DNA of 64,000 nt, taken from NCBI GenBank assembly GCA_021324155.1, contig JAJPJQ010000038.1:83904-147903 (forward strand). Reading direction: 5' to 3'. The stretch is from Pseudomonadota bacterium (GTDB lineage: Bacteria; Desulfobacterota; Binatia; UBA9968). Shown one piece after another: positions 45,569 through 55,391 of the stretch. Position 1 is the first letter of the stretch. Each line of letters opens with the position of its first letter. The notes under the pieces are model-generated. The model saw only the letters and a program-made list of their open reading frames with translations, was not told the DNA's origin and searched no databases. Made by a program: the position numbers and the translations under genes.

Positions 45569-46515
45569 TTCGCCGCCGTCCTTTCTTGCTGGCTGAGCGA
45601 TTTGATGTAGGCAATCAGCTGCAGAATGCCCTCCTCGCTCACGAGACCTTTAAACGTCGGCATCACCGGCTGGAACCCCGCGACGATCTTCGCCTGCGGG
45701 TCGAGGATCGACTCGCGGATGTAGCCCTCGTCCGCCACCGCGCTTTTGCCGTCTTGCAGCTTCACGGTCTTGCCGAACAGGCCCGCAAGCGACGGGCCCT
45801 GGCTGCCGCCCTCTGATTTGTGGCACGTGGCGCAGCCCAGACGCTGAAAGAGATTCTGTCCGGCTTGCGCCGCCGAGACGCCGGTAGCACCGCCGCCGAG
45901 CCATTGCTGATAATCGGCCGGGGTCATCGCGATGACGCGCCCGAGCATGCCGGAGTGCTGCGCGCCGCAGTATTGTGAGCAGCGAATAGGGTACTCTCCT
46001 TCTTTGGTAGCCTCGAACCATGCGGTCGTATACCGGCCGGGGACGACGTCCATCTTCATCCTGAACTCGGGAACGAAAAAACTGTGGATCACGTCCTCGG
46101 ACGTCATCGTGAGCTTCACCGGGCGCCCGACGGGCACGTGGAGCTCGTCGATCTCGCGCTGTCCCTCGGGATGCTGGAGCTTCCACATCCACTGGCGGCC
46201 GACCACGGCGATGTCGATCGCGCCTACCGGCGGCTGGGTCTGATCGAGAAAGATCGACGCGCCCCAGAAAAATAAAACCATCGTGATACCGAAGGGCACC
46301 GCGGTCCAGAAGATTTCGAGCGCGATACTCGCGTCGATCGACACGCCGCGCTCGTATCCGGGCCGCCGCCGGTACTTGACCGCGAAATAGACGATGAGAA
46401 ACGCGATCAGGAGGCCGAAGAAAAGCGAGAGCGCGATGAGGAAAAAGAACAGCGCGTCGACGCGCGGCGCCATCGTCGAGGCCTGCTGCGGAAACAGCGG
46501 TAGGTTCTGCCACAT
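45565..46515 (-). CDS. coxB: Cytochrome c oxidase subunit II with fused C-terminal cytochrome c domain (caa3-type)
   Basis: CuA site [12 protein letters not shown] and a heme c site CATCH in the C-terminal extension. Confidence 0.9.
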   Translation of the reverse strand: MWQNLPLFPQQASTMAPRVDALFFFLIALSLFFGLLIAFLIVYFAVKYRRRPGYERGVSIDASIALEIFWTAVPFGITMVLFFWGASIFLDQTQPPVGAIDIAVVGRQWMWKLQHPEGQREIDELHVPVGRPVKLTMTSEDVIHSFFVPEFRMKMDVVPGRYTTAWFEATKEGEYPIRCSQYCGAQHSGMLGRVIAMTPADYQQWLGGGATGVSAAQAGQNLFQRLGCATCHKSEGGSQGPSLAGLFGKTVKLQDGKSAVADEGYIRESILDPQAKIVAGFQPVMPTFKGLVSEEGILQLIAYIKSLSQQERTAAK

Positions 46516-46527
46516 CGTCGATCTGTT

Positions 46528-47364
46528 CTATCCGGGGCGCCGCGAAATTTCGGCGCGCAGCGACAGCGCGATGAACGCGCCGAGAGCGAGCACGGTCGCG
46601 ATCGTCGCGCCGCGCAGTACGTTCGTGACCATAAGAGTGTATTTTCCGGTCGCCGGGTCGTAGTGGTAGCAAAACAGCAACAGCTGATCGATCGCCTTGC
46701 CGATTTTTCCGTCCGAAGCTTCCAGCAAGCCCAGGCGCAGATCGCGCGGCGAAAATTCGATACCGTAAAAATAGCGGGCGAAGCGGCCTTGCGGCGTCAG
46801 CAGCATGATTCCCGTCGCGTGCGCGAAGCGATCGTTGTCGCTTTCGTAGTTGTAGCGAAAGCCCGCCGCCGCGGTGATGCGGTTTATCGAGGCTTCGCCG
46901 CCGGTTAAAAAATGCCAGCCGCTCCCGGCGCCGGGGCGGCCGTAGCGCTGGACGAGGTCGTCTTTTTTCGCGGCGGCGAGCGCCGGCGTATCCTGCGGAT
47001 CGAAGCTCACGTTGACAATCTCGAAATCTTTTCCGGCGGTAAACGACATCGCGCGCAGCGTCCGCAGCACGCCGTCGAGGAGCAAGGGACAAAGGTCCTG
47101 GCAGCGGTAATACGCGAAGGTCAAGATGACCGGGCGCGCGCCGAAGTAGTCGCCGAGCCTCACGCTTTTGCCGGTCTCGTCGCGAAACTCGGCATCGAGC
47201 GGCGCCTGTTCGCCGAGCTTCTGGTCGAGCGCCACGGCTTTGAGCGCCAGCGGCCGCCCATCGTCGTGCGCGTGCGCGGGGACGATGAAAAGCAAAGTGA
47301 GTAGTGAACAATGCGCCGTGAGCAGCAAAATCTTTCGTATTCGCATCTTCATGGCCGATTTCAT
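46528..47364 (-). CDS. SCO1/SenC copper chaperone for cytochrome oxidase assembly
   Basis: Thioredoxin-fold CQDLCP motif, N-terminal TM anchor. Confidence 0.8.
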   Translation of the reverse strand: MKSAMKMRIRKILLLTAHCSLLTLLFIVPAHAHDDGRPLALKAVALDQKLGEQAPLDAEFRDETGKSVRLGDYFGARPVILTFAYYRCQDLCPLLLDGVLRTLRAMSFTAGKDFEIVNVSFDPQDTPALAAAKKDDLVQRYGRPGAGSGWHFLTGGEASINRITAAAGFRYNYESDNDRFAHATGIMLLTPQGRFARYFYGIEFSPRDLRLGLLEASDGKIGKAIDQLLLFCYHYDPATGKYTLMVTNVLRGATIATVLALGAFIALSLRAEISRRPG

Positions 47365-47385
47365 TCTTTTCGCATCTTTCGCCTT

Positions 47386-47796
47386 TTACTTTTGACTTTT
47401 GCCTTTGGCTTCGTTTCGCGCCGGCAGCCCCTTTTGCGCCAGAATCTCCATCGCGCGCTCGACCGGAATCCGCACCGTTTCCGTCTGCGGATCGACCCAG
47501 CCGTAGCTGTTGAGCGTCCGCTCCTCCGCCTCGCGCATGGTCCGGAGCTCATTCGGCGCGTTGACTTGCAGCTGCGGCGCGGTCGCTTCGCGCGTCACGG
47601 CGAGCGGCGGCCGCGGCGCCTGCCGCCGGGTGTAACGACTTGCCCCGTAAATCTGGAAAAGCGTGACGACGCCCGCCGACAACACGATGACAATCGCCAG
47701 CACCACGCCGAACAGCGCGATAGCGCGGGGGCTCAGGTCTTTGCGCTCGTATCCCGCGCTCCCCTCCTGCAAGCTTCTGTTTTCCGCTTCCGCCAT
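47386..47796 (-). CDS. Small single-TM membrane protein downstream of actF (possible ActG-like ACIII accessory subunit)
   Basis: 136 aa. ATG immediately after the actF stop. One TM (AIALFGVVLAIVIVLSAGVV). Confidence 0.5.
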   Translation of the reverse strand: MAEAENRSLQEGSAGYERKDLSPRAIALFGVVLAIVIVLSAGVVTLFQIYGASRYTRRQAPRPPLAVTREATAPQLQVNAPNELRTMREAEERTLNSYGWVDPQTETVRIPVERAMEILAQKGLPARNEAKGKSQK

Positions 47797-48957
47797 CTAA
47801 GTCGCTTCGGCCTCCCGCAGCGCCTCGACGAAGCGCGGGTCGTTCGGCAATAGCGCGGTGGCGCCGAGATAATGCGCGAACGCGCCGATCCACAGCCCTC
47901 CCACGGCGATAAGCGCCGCGAGATCGAGCCAATGGAGATAAAAGCTGCTCGGATGAAACGCGGGCGCAGTGAGCCACAGCAAATCGACCCAGTGCATGAT
48001 GAGTACGACAAGCGCGATCCACGCGAGAGAGCGCGCGCGGCGCTTGGCCATGCGCGAGAGCAACAGCAGGAACGGCAGAGCGAATTGAAAAATAATCAGC
48101 AGCAGCGCGACATAGCGCCAGCCGCCCGTCGCCCGCCGCACGTACCACGGAATCTCCTCGCTGAGATTTTCCGCCCAGATGATGAGGAACTGCGAAAACG
48201 AGAGATAGGCCCAGAACATCACGAGCGCGAGCAGCAGGTTGCCCAAATCTTGGAACTGATCGGGCGCGGCGGCGCCGGCGAGCGGCGGATCATCGGCGAG
48301 AAGCCGCGCGGCGATGATGGCGAACGCGAGCGCAGCCATGCCGTGGCTCACCATGAAAATCATTCCATAAATCGTCGAGTACCACTCCGGCTCGAGCGAC
48401 ATGATCCAGTCGATCGCCGAAAATGTGGACGTTAAGCCGTACAGCGCCAGTCCGGGACCGCTGAGGTTCTGCAAGCGGCCGATGAAAGAGACCTCGCTGC
48501 GGTCCTGCTCGCGCGACCACTTCGTCAGCGCATAACTGCACGCGATCCAGACCGCGAAATAGAAGACCGCCCGGGCGGTGAAAAATGCCGGACTCAGGTA
48601 AACGGCTTTGCCGCCGGTTACGACGTGCTCCGCTCCCCCGGCATGCGCCGCCGCCCAGGGGTAAAGCCGGCGTATGCCGATAATAAAAGGCAGAAAAAGC
48701 AGCGCCATCGCCGGAAAAGTCTTCACCGCCGCTTCCAGCAAGCGCTGAATGATGAAGCCCCAGCGCCCGCCGACCAGATGATGCAGCATGAGAATCGCGA
48801 GCGAGCCGAGCGGCAAGCCGAGCCAGAAAACGTACGCGACGAGATACGAGCGGAGAAATTGTCGCGCGTCGAGGAACGCGCCGATAATACACAGCACGGT
48901 CGCGACGACGCCGACGATCAACGCGCGATTGCGGATCGCGTCCAGGCGCTCTCTCAT
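47797..48957 (-). CDS. actF: Alternative Complex III subunit ActF (NrfD-like membrane subunit)
   Basis: Start at internal ATG MRERLDAIRN, overlapping the actE stop by 4 nt (ORF extends artefactually to 49476). Polytopic, NrfD/PsrC-like. Confidence 0.75.
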   Translation of the reverse strand: MRERLDAIRNRALIVGVVATVLCIIGAFLDARQFLRSYLVAYVFWLGLPLGSLAILMLHHLVGGRWGFIIQRLLEAAVKTFPAMALLFLPFIIGIRRLYPWAAAHAGGAEHVVTGGKAVYLSPAFFTARAVFYFAVWIACSYALTKWSREQDRSEVSFIGRLQNLSGPGLALYGLTSTFSAIDWIMSLEPEWYSTIYGMIFMVSHGMAALAFAIIAARLLADDPPLAGAAAPDQFQDLGNLLLALVMFWAYLSFSQFLIIWAENLSEEIPWYVRRATGGWRYVALLLIIFQFALPFLLLLSRMAKRRARSLAWIALVVLIMHWVDLLWLTAPAFHPSSFYLHWLDLAALIAVGGLWIGAFAHYLGATALLPNDPRFVEALREAEAT

Positions 48958-49538
48958 CGCTTCGTCTCCGCGAGCCGGCGCCGCTCGTTTTCGGGAACGT
49001 CCGAGAGCCGCGCCTGCTGGCTGAATTGCAGCGCGCGAATGTACGCGGCGATCGCCCAGCGGTCTTCGGGCGGCACCTGCTCGGCATAATCGGGCATCGC
49101 GCCGACACCGTGTGTCATAACTTCGAAGAAGTGGCCGGCGGGGGCCTGGCGCAGGCGATCGATGTGAAGCGACGGCGGCGGCCGATAGCCGCGCCGCACG
49201 ACCAAGCCTTCGCCGCGTCCGGTACGGTCGTGACACGGGGAACAGTAGATATTGAAGCGCTCCTGACCGCGGCGGAACATCGTCTCGGTGACGGGATAGG
49301 GAAAAGTATCCGCCTCCTTGCCGCCGATTTTGCCGGTGTAAAAAAGCTCGTCGTTTTGCAGCGCGCCGCGCGCGACGGCGCCCTCGACGGCTGGGCGCGC
49401 CGAGCGGTTGTCGCCGAAGAACTCGCTTTTCTGAAGCGGCTCGTAGCGCGGCTGATCGGCCATGCGCTGCTGGCAAGCAGCGAGCAGCACGGCTGCGAGG
49501 AATACAATTACACGCTTATATCTCGCGCCTTCCGTCAC
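48954..49538 (-). CDS. actE: Alternative Complex III subunit ActE (monoheme cytochrome c lipoprotein)
   Basis: GTG start right after the actD stop. Lipobox LLAACQQ. Single CSPCH heme motif. Confidence 0.75.
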   Translation of the reverse strand: MTEGARYKRVIVFLAAVLLAACQQRMADQPRYEPLQKSEFFGDNRSARPAVEGAVARGALQNDELFYTGKIGGKEADTFPYPVTETMFRRGQERFNIYCSPCHDRTGRGEGLVVRRGYRPPPSLHIDRLRQAPAGHFFEVMTHGVGAMPDYAEQVPPEDRWAIAAYIRALQFSQQARLSDVPENERRRLAETKR

Positions 49539-50084
49539 TCAGTTCTCCACTTCGTAAATGCCGTAGGGATGTAGGCTTTCGATGAACCGCCGCGTCCCGT
49601 CGACATCGAATTTCACGTCGCGCGCTTCGATGCAGAGAAAAAAGCGATTGCGGGTCGCGAGCTCGAAGCGCTCGACATTGAAAACGGGATGATAAGGCAT
49701 CGGCAGCCCGTTCAGCACGAGCAGTCCGAAGAAGGCCGCCAGCGCCGCGATGAGAATCGTGAGCTCGAAAGTAATGGGGATAAACATCGGCCAGCTGTTG
49801 AGCGGGCGTCCGCCGATATTGATCGGATAATATAAAACATGGACCCAATACTGCAGAAAAAATCCGCCGAGACAGCCGACGATGCCGCCGATGAGAACGA
49901 TGAACGGCAAACGATTCTTGCGGAAGCCGATCGCTTCGGCCAGGCCTTCTATGGGAAATGGGCTGTAGGCGTCGATGCGCCGGTAACCCTCGGCGCGCGC
50001 GCGCTCGGCCGCGGCGAGGAGCGCCTCGGGCGTCGCGAATTCCGCCATCAGGCCGTAAAGCAGGATTCTAGTCGGCGTCGCCAT
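49539..50084 (-). CDS. actD: Alternative Complex III subunit ActD (DUF3341)
   Basis: 181 aa. MATPTRILLYGLMAEFATPEALLAAAERARAEGY plus two TM segments, typical of ActD. Confidence 0.8.
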   Translation of the reverse strand: MATPTRILLYGLMAEFATPEALLAAAERARAEGYRRIDAYSPFPIEGLAEAIGFRKNRLPFIVLIGGIVGCLGGFFLQYWVHVLYYPINIGGRPLNSWPMFIPITFELTILIAALAAFFGLLVLNGLPMPYHPVFNVERFELATRNRFFLCIEARDVKFDVDGTRRFIESLHPYGIYEVEN

Positions 50085-50091
50085 GATTCGC

Positions 50092-51465
50092 CTATTTTTC
50101 CGATTCCTCGTGCAGCAGGCCGCGCATCTCGAAAATAGAGATCATGGGCAGAAGCCGCACGAAAACGAACATGAGCGCGAGAAACAAACCGATCGTTCCC
50201 GCAAACACCGCGTAATCCCAGATCGTGCCGGAATACATGCCCCACGCCGACGGCATGAAATCGCGCGAGAGGCTTACCACGACGATCACGTAGCGCTCGA
50301 GCCACATGCCGACATTGACGCAAATCGCGATGATAAACAGCGCGAGCGGACTGGTACGCACGCGCAGGATCCAGAGTGCTTGCGGAATCACGATGTTAAA
50401 CAGGAGCAGCGCCCAAAACATGTAACGGTAAGCGCCGTGCATGCGGTAAAACATGAGATAGCGCTCGAACGGGCTGCCGCTGTACCACGAGACGAATCCT
50501 TCCATCATGTAGCCGTACGCCACGATCAGCCCCGTGGCGAGCATAACCTCGCCCATGTTCTTCAAATGGCGCAGCGTGATGAAGTCTTCGAGCCCGTACA
50601 TCTTGCGCAGCGGAATCGCGAGCGTGAGCACCATGGCAAAACCCGAGTAGATCGCGCCGGCGACGAAGTACGGCGGGAAAATAGTCGAGTGCCATCCGGG
50701 CACGAGACCGATGGTGAAGTCGAAGCTCACGACCGTATGCACGGAGACCACTAGCGGCGTCGCGAGTCCCGCGAGCAGCAGGGACGCGGTCTCGTAGCGG
50801 TGCCAATGGACCGCCGAGCCGCGCCAGCCCATCGCCAGCATGCCGTAGGCGAAGCGCGGAAAGCGCTTGCGCGCGCGGTCGCGCAGCGTGGCGAGGTCGG
50901 GAATGAGGCCCACGTACCAGAACAGCAGGGAGACCGTGAAATACGTGGAAACCGCGAAGACGTCCCACACCAGCGGACTCCTGAACTGCGGCTGGATATC
51001 CATCGTACTCGGATATGGGAAAAGCCAGTAGAAATACCACGGGCGCCCGAGATGCAGCAGCGGGAAGAGTCCAGCGCACATGACGGCGAAAATCGTCATC
51101 GCCTCGGCGAAGCGGTTGATGGAATTGCGCCATTTCTGCCGGAGCAACAGCAGGATCGCCGAGATCAGCGTGCCGGCATGTCCGATTCCGATCCACCAGA
51201 CGAAATTGACAATCGCGAAGCCCCACGCGACCGGAATATTGATGCCCCAAATGCCGACACCCTTAGTTAACAGATAGCTGACGGCGAAAAGAAGAATCAG
51301 CACGAACACAAACGAGATCCCGAAGCCCACGTACCAGAGCATAGGCGTGGGCCGGGTGAGCACGATGGCGCTGATCTTATCGGTGATCGAAGCGTAGGTA
51401 TGGCCCGGCTCGATGACGGGAGCGATCTCTTCCGATGCCAGTATTTTATCGACTTCGTCAGCCAT
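50092..51465 (-). CDS. actC: Alternative Complex III subunit ActC (NrfD/PsrC-like quinol-interacting membrane subunit)
   Basis: Start at internal ATG MADEVDKIL, sharing 1 nt with the actB stop (TAATG). Confidence 0.8.
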   Translation of the reverse strand: MADEVDKILASEEIAPVIEPGHTYASITDKISAIVLTRPTPMLWYVGFGISFVFVLILLFAVSYLLTKGVGIWGINIPVAWGFAIVNFVWWIGIGHAGTLISAILLLLRQKWRNSINRFAEAMTIFAVMCAGLFPLLHLGRPWYFYWLFPYPSTMDIQPQFRSPLVWDVFAVSTYFTVSLLFWYVGLIPDLATLRDRARKRFPRFAYGMLAMGWRGSAVHWHRYETASLLLAGLATPLVVSVHTVVSFDFTIGLVPGWHSTIFPPYFVAGAIYSGFAMVLTLAIPLRKMYGLEDFITLRHLKNMGEVMLATGLIVAYGYMMEGFVSWYSGSPFERYLMFYRMHGAYRYMFWALLLFNIVIPQALWILRVRTSPLALFIIAICVNVGMWLERYVIVVVSLSRDFMPSAWGMYSGTIWDYAVFAGTIGLFLALMFVFVRLLPMISIFEMRGLLHEESEK

Positions 51466-54400
51466 TATGTTTTCTTCAGCTCCGGATTGGGATTCCTGAC
51501 GGCGGCCAGATACGTCGTCCGCGGCCGCGTGTTGAGATCGGTCAAGAGACCATAGTTGAGCGGATCGGCCTTGAGCTTTGCGACCGCGCTCTCGCGGTCG
51601 TTGATGTCGCCGAAAACGATCGCCTCCGTCGGGCACGCGGCCTGGCAGGCGGTCTTCACCTCGCCGTCGCGCACCCGGCGCTCATCTTTTTCCGCATCGA
51701 TGCGCGCGGCGTTGATGCGCTGGACGCAATAGGTGCATTTTTCCATCACGCCGCGGCTCCGCACGGTTACGTTCGGATTGTTGCGCAGCCGGAGACTCGG
51801 AGTCTCGAAATCGGAGTATTGCAGAAAGTTGAAGCGCCGCACTTTGTAAGGGCAGTTGTTCGAGCAGTAGCGCGTGCCGACGCAGCGGTTATAGGTCATC
51901 TCGTTCAGCCCTTCCTGGCTGTGCGTCGTCGCTCCCACGGGACAGACGATCTCGCACGGCGCGTTCTCGCAATGCATGCACGGCACCGGCTGATGAAAGG
52001 TCTCCGGCTCGTCGAGAGTGCCTTTGTAATACCGGTCGATGCGCAGCCAGTGCATCTCGCGCCCGCGCGTGACCTCGGTCTTGCCGACGACCGGGATGTT
52101 GTTTTCCGACTGGCATGCGACGACGCACGCGTTGCATCCGATGCAGGCGCTCGTATCGATCGCCATGCCCCAGGCGTAAGCTTCATATTTAAAGCCCGGA
52201 TAGAGCGTTTCGTTGGACTCTTTGTCGCGCGCGAAGTCCGGGCGCTTGCGGAATTCGTCGAGCGTCGCCGAGCGCACAAGATCGCGCCCCTCCATATTAT
52301 GGTGATACTGCACGCCGGCGAGCGTGTATTTCCTGCCGCTTTTGCGCATCGTCAGTCCTGTGCCCTGCCAGGGCGCGCCGGAGGTGCGCATCGGGTAGAC
52401 GTTGAAGCCGGTCTCGTTGCCGACGCGGCCGGCGCGCGTACGGCCGTAGCCGAACAAGACGGTCGCCGCGCCGTCGGCGTGGCCCGGCGCGATCCAAACC
52501 GGCGCGCGGATCTGCACGCCGGCATAGGTCAATTCCGCGATATCGACGATTACGCGGCCGCGCTCGCCGCCGGTCGCGCCGATGTCCGGCGCGAAGCCCA
52601 GGCGCTCGGCCGTTTTTGGGCTGACAAGTACGGCGTTATCCCACGTGAGCTTCGTCAGCGGTTTCGGCAGTTCTTGCAGCCAGCCGTTGTTAGCGAAACG
52701 GCCGTCGAAAACCGTCGGATCGGGACGGAAAATAACTTCCAGGACGTCTTTGTTTTTCGGCTCGGGATTTTTCGCTGCGCTGCCGGGCAGTTGTGATTCG
52801 AAGCTCGCGGCTGACTTGACATTTACCGTCTTCGCCGGGAACGCCGTCCCTTCGATGACACCGTCGTGGAGCGATTTCCGCCAAAACGTCTCGAAGTCGC
52901 CGCGGCTTTGCCGCCGCCAGTAATCGCGTACGATTTCGTAGGCGGAGCGGCCGCTCTGCCCGAGCAGCGCCGCAACAATTTCATGGGCCGTTTTTCCGCC
53001 GTAGAGCGGCGTGATGAGCGGCTGAACGATCGTCGCCGTTCCGTCAGAGGCGCGGGTATCGCTCCACGATTCCAGATAGTGCGCTTGCGGCAAATGCCAG
53101 CGGCAGCGCGCGGAAGTCTCGTCCTCGTAGAGACTCAGATGCGCGGTAAACGCCACGCGCGGCAAAGAGCGCTCGAACGGAATATCCGCGGGCGCATCGA
53201 AGACGGGGTTGCCGCCGAGAATGATGAGCGCCGCGACCTGCCCTGCGTCGATGTCTTTGACAAGCTCGCGCAGCGATGCGATGCGGTCGACGGGCTCGGC
53301 CGTGACTGTTTGGGTGTATGAAACGGTCTTGCCGGCGTTGCCGAGCGCTTGATTCATAGCATGCGCAAGCGCGTGGACGAGCACCGGCGTGTAATCGCCC
53401 GGAATCACGAGACTTCGGCCGCGGTGGCTTTCGAGATCGCGCGCGACCGCCTCCAACCACTGCCCCGACGCAGGCGAAAGCGCCTTCGCGTCGCCGCCGG
53501 AGCCGGCGCCGAGGCGCGCGGCGAGCGCGCGCGCAAACGCGACGATCTCGCTCGGGGGCAGCGCGAGCCGATGGTCCGAGACCGAACCGGTGGTCGTCGG
53601 CGTGGCCTCGACCGTATAGAGCCGGCTCATGTCGCCCTTGCCGCCGCGCACGCGCCGGCGCGCGGCGAAGTCGCGGGCCCAGCGCAGCCGGCCGCCGCCG
53701 CAGGAAAGGAAATCCGCATCGAGAGCAAGGACAACATCGGCGTCGGCGAAACGATACTGCGCATCGGCATATTCGCCGAACGCGAGTCGCGCGCCGGCAA
53801 GCGCGTTGCCGCGCGCGACGGGCTCGTACTGGTGCCACTTCGCGCGCGGAAAGCGAGCGAGCACGGCACGGAGCTGATCGGCGAGCGTCGGCGAGATCAC
53901 GTCCTCGGTCAGAATCCGCAGACCGCCGCCGCCGTTCAGGCGCTGGCCTTCCATCTCTCCTTCGAGCGCGATCATAAAAGCGTTCCACGTGGTGATCGCG
54001 CCGCCGCTGGTGACGACCTGCGACCGATCGGGATCGTAGAGCGTCAGAATCGATGCCTGCGCGAACGCATCTGTCGCGCCGAGGCTGTCCGGATGCGCCG
54101 GATTGCCTTCGATCTTGACCGGGCGGCCTTCATGGCTCCGCACCAAGAGGCCCATCGCGGCGCCGTCGTGCGTGAAAGCGGTCGCGTAGAATTGCGGCTT
54201 GGCGGGCACCCACCCTTCCGGCTGCGTCACGTAAGGAACGATCTTTTCATCCGCCGGCGCGGCGCGGCCGCAGCCGCTCAGGCCCGCAAGCGCGAGCGAC
54301 GCGCCGATAAATTTTATGAAATCGCGCCGTCCGATGTCGGTGTAAGCGCCGATGCCCTGCGGGAACTCCTCGCGCAGCAACTGATCGAAGACATCGCTTT

Positions 54401-54509
54401 CGGCCAGCTCTTCGAGGCCGCGCCAGTAACGCTCGCCGGAGAGGCCGTCGAGCTTGTGGCGGACCGCGTCGAGCGACGGAGCGTTGCGATGAGATTTGTC
54501 GTCAGCCAT
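51465..54509 (-). CDS. actB: Alternative Complex III subunit ActB (fused molybdopterin-oxidoreductase-like and 4Fe-4S domains, Tat signal)
   Basis: 1014 aa. Tat motif RRDFIKFIGASLALAG. C-terminal multiple Cys clusters (CIGCNACVVAC, CMHCENAPCEIVCP, CxxCxxxCP). Confidence 0.9.
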   Translation of the reverse strand: MADDKSHRNAPSLDAVRHKLDGLSGERYWRGLEELAESDVFDQLLREEFPQGIGAYTDIGRRDFIKFIGASLALAGLSGCGRAAPADEKIVPYVTQPEGWVPAKPQFYATAFTHDGAAMGLLVRSHEGRPVKIEGNPAHPDSLGATDAFAQASILTLYDPDRSQVVTSGGAITTWNAFMIALEGEMEGQRLNGGGGLRILTEDVISPTLADQLRAVLARFPRAKWHQYEPVARGNALAGARLAFGEYADAQYRFADADVVLALDADFLSCGGGRLRWARDFAARRRVRGGKGDMSRLYTVEATPTTTGSVSDHRLALPPSEIVAFARALAARLGAGSGGDAKALSPASGQWLEAVARDLESHRGRSLVIPGDYTPVLVHALAHAMNQALGNAGKTVSYTQTVTAEPVDRIASLRELVKDIDAGQVAALIILGGNPVFDAPADIPFERSLPRVAFTAHLSLYEDETSARCRWHLPQAHYLESWSDTRASDGTATIVQPLITPLYGGKTAHEIVAALLGQSGRSAYEIVRDYWRRQSRGDFETFWRKSLHDGVIEGTAFPAKTVNVKSAASFESQLPGSAAKNPEPKNKDVLEVIFRPDPTVFDGRFANNGWLQELPKPLTKLTWDNAVLVSPKTAERLGFAPDIGATGGERGRVIVDIAELTYAGVQIRAPVWIAPGHADGAATVLFGYGRTRAGRVGNETGFNVYPMRTSGAPWQGTGLTMRKSGRKYTLAGVQYHHNMEGRDLVRSATLDEFRKRPDFARDKESNETLYPGFKYEAYAWGMAIDTSACIGCNACVVACQSENNIPVVGKTEVTRGREMHWLRIDRYYKGTLDEPETFHQPVPCMHCENAPCEIVCPVGATTHSQEGLNEMTYNRCVGTRYCSNNCPYKVRRFNFLQYSDFETPSLRLRNNPNVTVRSRGVMEKCTYCVQRINAARIDAEKDERRVRDGEVKTACQAACPTEAIVFGDINDRESAVAKLKADPLNYGLLTDLNTRPRTTYLAAVRNPNPELKKT

Positions 54510-54524
54510 TGTGAGCGCGCCTTT

Positions 54525-55175
54525 TCAGTGGTGACAGATCGAACAGCTCGTCAATTTTTGAATCTTGTACTCGCGCACGAGTTTTTGCCCGAGCGCGAGC
54601 TGGTTTTCAGGCGGCTGCCATTCCATGTTGAAGACCTGTTCGCGCGGCCGAACGAAGCGCTCGGGCGCGCGGTGGCACTCAAGACACCATTCCATGTAAA
54701 GCGTGTTCTCGCGCCACATGAGCGGCATTTGATCGACCCGGCCGTGGCAGGTCGAGCAGCCGACGCCTTTGTTCACGTGAATGCTGTGATCGAAGTAGAC
54801 GAACCCCGGAAGATTATGCACCCGCGTCCATTCGAGCGATCTCCCTGTGCGAAAGCTCGCGCGCACCGGCTCCAGGATCGGGCTGTCGGCCCAGATCTGC
54901 GTATGGCAATTCATGCAGATCTTTGTGGAGGGGATGCCGGCGAACGAGGACTTCTCGACCGACGTGTGACAGTAGCGGCAGTCGAGGCCGTCGTCGCTCA
55001 CGTGATGTTTGTGACTGAACTGGACCGGCTGCGCGCGTGCAACCCTCACTTCAGTCAGGTAGGAGGCGTTATTAATGGCGGCGACGGCGGCAAACAACGT
55101 CAGCAAAACGGCGACACCGCCGAAAATGCTGACTCTGGAAATGGTGTTGGTGCTCCGATGGAATATCTGAGCCAT
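54525..55175 (-). CDS. actA: Alternative Complex III subunit ActA (pentaheme cytochrome c)
   Basis: Five CxxCH motifs (CRYCH, CMNCH, CSTCH, CLECH, CSICH) and an N-terminal TM anchor. Confidence 0.9.
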   Translation of the reverse strand: MAQIFHRSTNTISRVSIFGGVAVLLTLFAAVAAINNASYLTEVRVARAQPVQFSHKHHVSDDGLDCRYCHTSVEKSSFAGIPSTKICMNCHTQIWADSPILEPVRASFRTGRSLEWTRVHNLPGFVYFDHSIHVNKGVGCSTCHGRVDQMPLMWRENTLYMEWCLECHRAPERFVRPREQVFNMEWQPPENQLALGQKLVREYKIQKLTSCSICHH

Positions 55176-55391
55176 CGCCGCCGGTATTCGATTTCAGCTG
55201 AATTTGAAGCGTGAACTAAAATATTCCTTTGAACGGCCGGGCTGGATGCAGCAAGCCACGTACACCGCCACCTCTAAAAGAATCGCATTTTCGGACAGGC
55301 TGGAAGTAGGAGGTATGAGGTAATGACCTGAAAAGGCGCGAGGGAAGTACCCGAGTCGGCAGAGAAAAACGGCGGCGGCGGCGGTGAAATG

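Noticed and set aside
51435-52796. 453-aa plus-strand ORF antisense to actB, and other large antisense ORFs (e.g. 25666-26763, 36 kb region 35920-36831, 62634-63965)
   Set aside because: Mirror-frame artefacts of high-GC coding DNA. Each lies entirely within a well-supported gene on the opposite strand.
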